64,000 bases of DNA from Epiperipatus broadwayi (lineage: Eukaryota > Animalia > Onychophora). Position numbers and translations under genes: made by a program. The notes beneath the pieces were generated by a model, which saw nothing but the letters and a program-made list of their open reading frames with translations, did no database searches and was not told where the DNA came from. The first letter of the stretch is position 1, and every line of letters begins with the position of its first letter. This document shows, piece by piece, positions 54,515-64,000 of the stretch. Location: positions 2,666,001-2,730,000 of the forward strand of contig JAQFVV010000001.1 in assembly GCA_028023455.1 (NCBI GenBank), read 5' to 3'.

Positions 54515-54730
54515 TATAAGTATACAGAGTTAAATTAAGCACCATGATTACATATGATACAGATAATCCAACAAAATAAATTTCAAAGATTACATAAGGT
54601 GCTGGAAAACATGGCAATAGGATCAGTAAGTATACAGAACTAAATCAAATATAGAGATTATATAAGCATACATAAAATTAATTAGATTTCAAAGATTACA
54701 TATGGTTCTGGAAGGCAAGGCAATAGGGTT
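54515..54730. repeat. Two-copy tandem duplication (period about 106-110 bp) at the 3' end of the minus-strand L1-like element
   Basis: aagtatacag at 54518 and 54628; tttcaaagattacata.ggt.ctggaa..ca.ggcaatagg at 54581 and 54687. Confidence 0.85.
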
Positions 54731-56400
54731 CCCAGGATTAAACTACAGCTTGGTCTGGCCCCAGGTCTGTTCAGCCAACCAGGGTTGGCAAGTCTGTTTG
54801 TTATCTTCACTGATGTTGTGTAGGGTATTAAAGAAAAGTTCATCAATGGAACAGTCAATCCCTTTATTAAAAATAACCCTGCATCTGATTGACCAAATGG
54901 AAAAGTTTATAAAGGTAGCGAGCCTAATTGGTCCAAAGTATCCCTTTTGAATTGCAGTCTTGAGAAGAACATTGGTCAGATCCATGTTATTAATCCATCA
55001 TAAAGCCAGGTTTCAGAAGTAAATCCATGATCCACATTGATCAAATTGTAAGCAATGGTCTCTTCCTGCTTGAGGCATAGGGGACAAATAGGGTCAATAT
55101 TATAACCCCTTTAATAGCAAAAGAAAGACCTCATAGGAAGAGCCCCAAGAAAGATTTTCAGCAGAAAGTCAACAAACTTGGGACTAAGCTTGAAAAATTG
55201 AGTCAATTTTGTGAATCAGGGTATTCCAATAGGAAGCAAGTTAATAGTCTTGGTTGTATTAGTAAAGACCAGATGGAAGATCTTCCAATAAGACAACTTA
55301 TTATGGAAAAGGGAACCAGAAGTTTTGATGTTTTGGATAATCTCCATAACTTGAAGTTGTAGCCACATTTTCCACCGCTTAGATGGAGGCTGAAAAGTGG
55401 GATCAACCTTCTCCATAGGAACTGGGCATTCCATGTTGGGGTTATCTTTAAATATTTTATATAGAATATTGTGAGTCCATTGTATATAAAAGTTTCTAAG
55501 TGAATGAAGAGAAAGGCCATTAAGGAGCCTAGGTTTCTGTAGTATATTCAGACTAATAAGCAGGGCCTTGCCCCACCCCCCAGCATAATTTCCTACATAT
55601 TCTTTCAATCTTGTTAATGAATAAATTTGTTGGGGAAAAGCCAGCCAGGTAGTATAGTATTTTTGGCAGTACCATGATATTCAATAGGGCAACTTTCGCC
55701 AAGAGAGAGACGTAAACTTTAGACAGGGATGTAACAATGCTGTCAATCTTGGTAAGCAATGAATTTTGTAATTTCCTCCTCATGATAGATGAGGTGGGGG
55801 CTAGGGAAGCCAGATGGAAACAATAAATTTTTGAGGGGGAACCCTCAAAACACCTGGAATCTGTTTTCTTGTTAAAATGGACCATATGGCTGATTTCCTT
55901 CTATTGATTCTGAGACCGAAATGATGAACAAATTGGTCCAAGAGTTCCTCAAGCCTAGTTAATTCATCCTGGGACAAGAGAAATATAACCACATTGTCTA
56001 TTTAGGAGATATGATGTATGTTCTCATTCAGCATAGGGATGACTATCCTGAGAAGATAGCCTCAATGTGCAACAGCAATGGTTTAATTTAGGCCATGAAG
56101 AGAAGTGCAGTCAGTGGAAAGCCCTGTGGTATGGAAACACATGGATGAAAACCTTAGGCAACTTGACATCCAAAGAGAGAAACACCTCACAGTTTTGAAG
56201 AAGGTTCTCGATCATTTGGAGGTATGCAAAAGGTACTTGGAATTCCTCCAGTACACTAAGTAGCATGACAATCTTAATGCAATCAAAGGTTCTGGCAAAG
56301 TCAAGTTGGACTGCAACTGGCTGGGACATTCTTTTTCTATGAACATGATCAACAAGAAGACGAAATCAGCTGATGACGTTAGCAGTGGAGCTCCCCTCTT
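54515..56400 (-). mobile_element. 5'-truncated L1/Tx1-clade non-LTR retrotransposon (RT and C-terminal domain), decayed
   Basis: AVQLDFARTFD (RT), FGLRINRRKS, LLNIMVLPKILYY..KLCWG, GGWG, and the C-terminal cysteine motif DPICPLCLKQEETI (my translation, about 55050-55100). Confidence 0.88.
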
Positions 56401-57654
56401 GGTGAAATGATCTCACTTATTCCACTTTAACATTGCATTATTACAAAATCTTTATTTAAAACCCTTTTTTCTTTTGATTTAAACATTTTAATTACTGCTT
56501 TAATTTCTATTGTTGAATGAAATGTTAAAATTTCTGATCTTTTTATATTCTAATAACAATTTCTTCATATATATTTATTAACTATAACAAACAGCAGAAC
56601 CTGAAAGCATTCAACTTACTTATTGTTTTTGATATATACTGTATGAAAAATCAAATAGCAATTCTCATATGGTGAAAAGAATTGGTGCATCATAAATAAG
56701 TTCTTTCTCCAAAACAAGTAAATAACAGTTTCAATATATAAAATAATCTCTAACTTGATATCTCTCTTACATTTTGTAGATGTTGAGCACATCTGTTCAA
56801 AAAATAATTTTTTTCAAATATAAAATTTTTGGCTTAAGAAAGTATAAATTTTTCTACATTTATTAAATATATCATTTTAAATTTGTAATTTTTTTGCAAT
56901 GAAACATATACAACAAGACAAATAAAGACAACTTTTTCTCACAAATTAAGAAAAACATTCAGACATATATATAATGTATGTATTAGAATACATTTTTATG
57001 ATTAGAAGAGAAATTTAAAACATCTTTTGGAAATATGATAATAATTTTCAGACATTCCTTAACCTCTCTTTTTTTTAACATCCACAAACTTTCTTATCTA
57101 TCTCACTCACTATCTTTCCCTCTAAGTTTTTAAATCTCTTGGGATCCAGTTTATGATATCAATTGCCATCTATTATCATTTTTTCAATCATATGTCAGTC
57201 TAGCTTTATTTAAGTTTCTTAATTCTTTTAATGATGGTGGTTTTTGATTTTTTGGTACTTATAAAATAAGTGATGTAAAGTCTTTGAATTGGTCTTCTGT
57301 TAAATGTCCAAATCTCATGAACTGGTAGAATATATCTATTAAAAACTTTTCTTTTTAAACACATGGGCATATTTTAGTATTTACTTATTTCTACCAAAAG
57401 CACTTTATATAAGTTTAATTCTATGATTAATTTTACACATATATTTCTATTTGCATTGATGATTAAAATTATCTCCATGTATTTTCATTTCCTTAGTTTT
57501 CCATTTTTACCCATAGAATATTTCTTGTAAAAGTGCTGAAAAAAGTTTTGAAGATATATAATCTGATCTCAACATCCAACCAAGCAATGCAGTTATCGGC
57601 TGTAAATTTTATAGCCTTAGATCTAATTTAAATGAATCTAAACTAACTTCTACA

Positions 57655-60090
57655 ATGAATAAAAACCCATCAACTAGTAAAGCAAAGGAAAATACCATCA
57701 CAAAAAACAGCAAAAGTATAAAAAATATACAATTCCCTCCAAATATAAGCAATAACATAAATATTGCCTTAGGAGAATCTATTGAATTCTTTAAAAATAC
57801 AAGCAAAAAACAAACATCTCCACATCAAAGTCTATACTCACCCTCAGCAGACTCTAATGAACAAATTTCTTTACCCAATAATACACTTAAAAACATTATC
57901 TGAATATAATAATCAAAATTACTGCCAAGAAAATTTTGGTGAAAATTATAAAAGAAAAAATTTCCCATCAGAGGACGACAAAATTGGTGCTGTATCAGTA
58001 GAGTTTGTCAACAGTAATTACAAAAATAAAAACGAAATAAATTATAAAACTGATAAATCTCATTCAAAAACAAACAAAGATAATATCACATACCACTCCA
58101 TAATTACATCAGCCAACTTAAAATCTAAAACAATTTCCTCAACACCAATATTAAAAAAATCTACAGATGCAAATATTGTAAGGTCTAAAAATACTGAGAA
58201 CATCTCCAAAAATATTAAAGCCGACAACTTTAATGAATTATTTTTAAATATCTCAGAATTAGAAATAGAACAACCTATAGAACATGAATTAAACATCCTA
58301 GAAAATGACTCATTTAATATAAATGATTTTAATGACAAAATTTTTAAAAAAATAGACAACAATATCAATAAAATGATACCTAACACTCTATAAATCGTTT
58401 GCAAACTACTACAGTGATAAGTCCCTAATCTTAGCCATAACAAATCAACAATGTGCTTTATATAAGCTCCCTTTGGAACAACTGTATGGTCTAATCAATC
58501 AAAAGCAGCTAGGCAGGGGTATTCATAAAATTCTAAATCATCCCAATGACCGGTACATGATTGTTGAGTTTAAAACATGGGTGGATTCTTCAAAAATAAT
58601 TACAGATCTCTAGGAAACTATATATTATGCTACATGGATATGAACCATCTGGTTACATTATCTGGAAATGAACCATCTGGTTACACTATCTGGAAAAATT
58701 CAAAATTGCCTTGCACATTTTAATGAACAAGAACTGCACAACATTTTGAATAATTATAGATCAGTTAGAAAATTTAAATATCTCCTAAATTCTGTCCAAT
58801 GCAGTTATCTTCACACTTATATTAAAGAAAAACATCTTACTTACTGATATATCCACTATCATTTCTGCAAGAGGCTCTCCTATGGTATTGTCTTTCAGGG
58901 AAGTACAGCCATAGTGATTTTTCTGCCTTCAAAGAACACACCTCATAAAAGAATGTGTTGCAAGAATATGTACAAACTGTGGTCTTAAAAAAATAAAGTT
59001 CATAGATGTTATGGTAGATCTATCAATACCTCTATCACAATTCTAAATAGCCAAATATCTCTTGGGCTTAATTCAAATAGCATTCTCACACACTCAGACA
59101 ATGCTAATCAAACAAATCCTTCAACAATCCTTTACACAACCAAACCCATCAATCAAATTGAGTATAATCGAGAACAAACAGACAACAGCCTTTACACAAA
59201 CTTCAGTGAAACAGAGAACCAAGCAATAACCTATACAACCCATAAACCAATATTCAAACTAAGAATATACAAGAACAAGCAGATGGCACATGCAATATAA
59301 TCCCCAGAGAAGCAATATCAGGCCAAACTCTCACTACAAAAGAACACAATATGACCAACCTAATTGATGAAAGCAAAACAGATCAGGTGAGGAAGAAAAT
59401 ACACATAAAGTTAAAAATATCATAGGTAAAAAATCTCAAAACAACACATCCAAAATAACATCCACTCAGCATAAAACAATTGATCTATCACCTACATTAA
59501 GACCAGCAAAGCCTATCAAACCCAAACAAAGTGGTCCACAAACTGACTACAAACCTACATCTCCATCAAATCCTTAACATACAGATAACATACAGATAAA
59601 GAAAACTCTCAAATATACAGCACAATAGTCAGTATCAATAATGTCTCACAATAGATACAGCAAACAGAAAATGTCTCAGACCAAAAAAAAAAAAAAAACC
59701 AAAATACTTATAGCAATAAAAAAAAACACACTCGTCTAAAAAACAGGAAAAAGAAAATAACACCAATAAACATCAAAACATTCAAAAAACTGGCACAACA
59801 ATTACCCTGAATACAAATTAGAAAATTAAAAGGAAATATATTCACACAGATAAGTCAAGCTCAAATGAGGACAACTCCCAACTGACACATAAACCACTAA
59901 CCCCCCTGTAACAAACAAATTTTTGATATACCCAGCTCAAATCTATAGAAAAAAAGAGGAAATCATTGACCCAACAATCAACAATACAATGGATCCATTT
60001 AAAGATTCTCAGATGGAATACATGACTACATCAGACATAGAAGATTTTATGGATGAAATTCTTCAGGTAACAAATTCACCATCAATCTAA
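57655..60090 (+). pseudogene. L1-like ORF1 remnant (Asn/Lys/Ser-rich ends, central globular part with cysteine motifs)
   Basis: ORF fragments 57655-57903 and 57782-58393 continue (my translation) as KSFANYYSDKSLILAI..RYMIVEFK, with a CxxC remnant RICTNCGLK near 58965-58990. It lies upstream of the APE domain. Confidence 0.6.
58640..58695 (+). repeat. 28-bp tandem duplication
   Basis: atgaaccatctggttacattatctggaa x2 (27/28 identical). Confidence 0.95.
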
Positions 60091-60202
60091 CCTCAAGTTC
60101 AATCTCAAGACTGATTACTAAGCAGTATCAGAGCTCATCAGCATGGAGACTTTCCCCAGTGATTCAGCACTCTTTGCTGAGGAAGGTTTGGATTAAGTAA
60201 TT

Positions 60203-62750
60203 ATGTTCTGCAAAATTGCTGGCCTTAATATATGTGGCATCAATTCAATTGATATAGCTCATGCTATAAAAACTGGCTTTTCCTCTGCTCCCCTCATATT
60301 CTAATGGGTGAAACTAAATAACATATCAGCACATATCATACAATTTTAACACTTCTCTCATCTCTAGGATTTACTCGATTTTCCATTGGTCCCTCAGCAG
60401 CAGATGGAGTTGGAATTCTTCTTAACAAGTCAACACACCCAAAAAGTTTAACATACTATTTCTAGATGCCAATCTAATTATCATAGAAATAGACTATGGG
60501 GATATTCGATCATACACACAGTTAAAGACACTGCACAATACCTAAACACACAGTTAAAGACACTGCACAATACCTAAAAATAATCCTTATCCTAAATGCC
60601 ATCATTGGTAACAGAATCTCCCCCACCATACTCCTTAGAGACTTCAACACCACGTACAGTGACTTCAACAAGAGATTCTTGCACCTAATATACCACAGAT
60701 TAATGTGTGGTGAAGGCTTCTTCCCTCCTGAAGTCTACTCTTTCTACACCAAAACTAAAAAGTCACTGATTGATCTGGTGTACTATACTTCAGACTTCCA
60801 CTTCAATCTTAATGCAGCCTTTGCCCCAGTTGCCTTCTGATCATATGGATTTGATCATTCAACTGACCCTATTTTAGTTCCTTTACTTGTGGATGGATCT
60901 GGCAAAACCATGTGCATGATCTCCCAATCAAATATGATGGAGGCAATAGTGCTTGAGGCATACTTCTATTTTTGAAAAATAAACATACTTTTTCTTTCAT
61001 CTGAGGAGGACTGGTTTGCCTTCATTGGAATTCTACAGTCCATATTAAACCACCACACCAGGTAAATCAAAGGATCAAATGGCCTTCTAAATGACTTAAA
61101 TCCGTTAATATTCAACTTCAATCTCTATAGCAAAATTATGCAAATATGGAAAAAATTATCACAGTGAAAAATCTACAAAATCAAGCAAAAGTCTCTCATG
61201 GAATATATATCCATCAGAAGATCTAAATGTGTCTTATCACAACAATAACATTATTGGACAAGAGACTACCTCAGATGGGCACTGGGGTACAATAAAAACA
61301 AGTCACTTCCTCATCTATCAATTTAAATGTTACCAAAATTATTGGCTTTCCAATGATGCAGCACATCAGCCAACATTTCTGTCAAATATTGCAAAAATAT
61401 GGAGCTTCTCCTGTAACCAACTGGTTGGTTGCTAGTGACCTGGATGAACATGGTATCACAGAAACCCAAATCAAAAAGAAGATAACATCCTTTCCTGACA
61501 ACGTTCATCTGGGGCTTCATGGCATTTTAAATTTTCTTCTCAAACACCTGTCAGTTCACTGTTCCAATTATTTAAAAAAATGCTAGATCATCTACCTCAA
61601 GCAACAGAAACATAACCAAACTCTACCCAGTGGCACTCATGCCATTTCTTAAAAAAGCAAAACTGCTAAATGACATTAACAGTATATGATCAATTTCCAT
61701 GACCCCATTGCTTATCAAGATAATGGAATCAATTATTAAAGATCAAATACAAACTCAGATCCTTAACCATATCAAACCAATATGGAAAAAAGAAATCCTC
61801 CATTTTGCATGCTATGACCAATGTTACAGCACTTGTCAATTGTATCAAAGTACATCGCAAATCCAAACTGATTGCTGTCCAACTGGATATTGCAGCAGCC
61901 TTTGATTCAGTCCAGATAAACACCCTCCTGGATATTCTAACTGAATACGACATTCGAGGTGCAATTGTTCAGACAGTCAGCAAACTGCTCAACAACAGAA
62001 AGATATCTCTCTCTCTTGATGGAAAGATCTCACCATGTTTTAAGCCATACAAGTCAATCCTTCAAGGATATTCTCTCAGTGCCCTATTATTTATGGCATA
62101 TATCACCCCTTTTCTGATGGATATGGGGAAAAAACCTTCCAGGAGTATTCGTTCCCTCTCTCAACAAAAATCTCAATGTATTTGCATACATGTACGACAT
62201 CATGGTTATACTACCCACCATCAAACACCTGCCAATCTCATGAACATCTTAAACAGAAATACAGTGAAACTAGGCTTACAAATAAATTATAACAAATCAT
62301 CCATCTGGAAGATAATGTCTAGTAAACAAATTAAGTCACCCTTCTCTATCTAAGTTTCTCAATTTTCAAACCTCCCACTGCAATAGCAAGAGAGATTCAA
62401 GAAGACATCCCTCAATCAAGTGAAGCTATCACAACTTCACTCTCTAGAGTCTACCTCTCACTATATGGAAAGGTAGGCCTCCTCAACATGATCATAATGC
62501 CAAAAATCTCATATCTTCCATTCATTAAAATTTTAAAACAGTTTCAAAACAAAATTAACCGATTATGCATCAAACTTTTCTGAAGAGGAAGTACAGTGAC
62601 AATTAGCTTGTGAAGTATACAATGGCCTGTCTTTCTACTCGATACAGGCAATCATATTACAAAAAACCCACAATACTCTGCATAATCTTATCCCCTCCTT
62701 CGGATATTCCAACAGTATTGAAAAAATTATACTCACTGATTATCCACCTC
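60203..62750 (+). pseudogene. L1-like ORF2 remnant (APE endonuclease + RT)
   Basis: MFCKIAGLNICGINS, LLRDFN, LIDLV and SDH (APE); SISMTPLLIKI, IAVQLDIAAAFDSV, ILQGYSLSALLF, GLQINYNKS and GKVGLLNMIIMPKISYL (RT). Confidence 0.9.
60514..60577 (+). repeat. Perfect 32-bp tandem duplication
   Basis: acacacagttaaagacactgcacaatacctaa x2. Confidence 0.97.
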
Positions 62751-64000
62751 TAAGACAACTATCAGATGGTAATGGCTTTTGGGTTTTGTTTCATTCTTTA
62801 TCTAAAAATAGCTAGTTACTTATTTGTTAGCCAAAGCTGGATGGCTATCTCTCTGAAAGAAAAATACTAAGTTTACTTATAAATCATTAGTTTTTTGAAA
62901 AATTTATTTTAAGTTTCACTTAAATTCAAATCCATGCCCTTGGAAAATGGGCAGATTCACTAAGCATTATAATGTTCGATGATATAGAAAATTATTATTA
63001 ATTATCTTTAATGGAACTCAAATATTTATATTATTTGATACCGGTAGTGAGAAATTTTTTTTAATTCAATTTCTTGCTAAGGGGACAAATATAAGATTTA
63101 ATTTGAGCATTTGTGATTGAACTAAAGTTACATATATTATAACATAAGAAATATAGCATAAGTAGGCTAATCACTACCACGTATATCAAAATTGATAGAT
63201 TTTGGAGTAATAATTAGCCACATGAAGATACTTCTGCTATTTACTAGACTGAAGTTCTTAATAAATGACGTGGTGAATTTAATAAAATAAATGTTTGTGC
63301 ATTATATAAAATGTGTTAATAATCATTTTTTAACTTTATTATTGAAAGATAAAAATAATAGTACTTAAGAGTTAGAATTAAACATTATTTATCTTCCGTG
63401 CTCTAAAACTTAATAATTTTAAGTCAGCAGTAATAAGAGACCAAGTGTGTAGTAGAATCTGAAATACTAACAGGATATATGAACACAATTTGGTACTTTT
63501 TTTTTTGTAATAATTAGTATATTATTAATTGATCATTTCAAATGCATGGTATCTGCATTTATTATTTTATGAACATAGGAATAAAAATAATAATGCTGAT
63601 TTTTTTTCCTTCGTTATATAAGTTTGTTATAAGTTGTTGACTTTGATTTTATTCACCTCTAGAAGAATAGTCACTAAGTTTTTAACACATTCATGCCTAC
63701 GCTGTCTATAAAATAGATTTTCAAAGAATTAACATATTTTTTTTTAAAGATATAACATTATAAACTATTAATATAATCATATCTTTTTATAATCTTTGTT
63801 GAAAACATTTGTCAGTGAAAGACATATACTTTAATAATAAGAAAATAAGCTTGTGGATTATTTCTAGGGAGTGGAGACTTATCCAGCATATTGAAACATA
63901 TACTTTATTTCAATAAGACATCTGTCAGATGTAAACTTTTTGGATAAGTACTTTTATTTTTTTATAACCAAAAATAAACTTGGTGATAATGTAATATATA

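Larger units (their letters stand above)
57560..62760 (+). mobile_element. Near full-length L1/Tx1-clade element lacking its 3' end, decayed
   Basis: A/C-rich sense strand. ORF1-like region, then ORF2 with APE and RT motifs. Ends approximate. Confidence 0.85.

Noticed and set aside
54515-62760. Single L1 with a twin-priming 5' inversion
   Set aside because: The two parts overlap in RT domains and are clearly diverged at protein level, so they are not one insertion.

Overview
Very AT-rich eukaryotic DNA, probably from an invertebrate/arthropod (inference from composition and TE content). I find no intact host protein-coding gene and no prokaryotic-type system (no CRISPR, operon or rRNA). The window is a transposable-element graveyard, mostly on a background of unannotated AT-rich sequence. 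DNA transposons: two decayed Buster/SPIN-type hATs (177-4046 and 40346-42843), plus two inverted copies of one non-autonomous hAT family, each with its own 8-bp TSD (21439-23683 and 28016-30470). LTR elements: a structurally complete but frameshifted Ty3/Gypsy with 1.7-kb LTRs (43827-51995), a 2.2-kb solo LTR (7285-9493), both inserted in (TA)n, and an old LTR-less Gypsy remnant (about 30850-33590). Non-LTR elements: two divergently oriented L1/Tx1-like elements (54515-56400 minus, about 57560-62760 plus), an RTE 5' fragment, a CR1/L2-like scrap, and an inverted Penelope-like pair with a GIY-YIG domain. There are also several fold-back/MITE structures, a young 944-bp near-perfect palindrome and a tRNA-Gly retrocopy with TSDs. 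The most interesting signals are a hammerhead-like motif with a variant core in both Penelope arms, the tRNA retrocopy carrying leader/trailer-like flanks, CpG-dominated LTR-LTR divergence implying TE methylation, repeated (TA)n targeting by Gypsy LTRs, and a possible decayed HDV-like ribozyme at the RTE 5' end. None of these amounts to a demonstrably new system. All alignments, identities and family calls were made by eye, without database searches; boundaries not anchored on TIR/TSD/LTR motifs are approximate.
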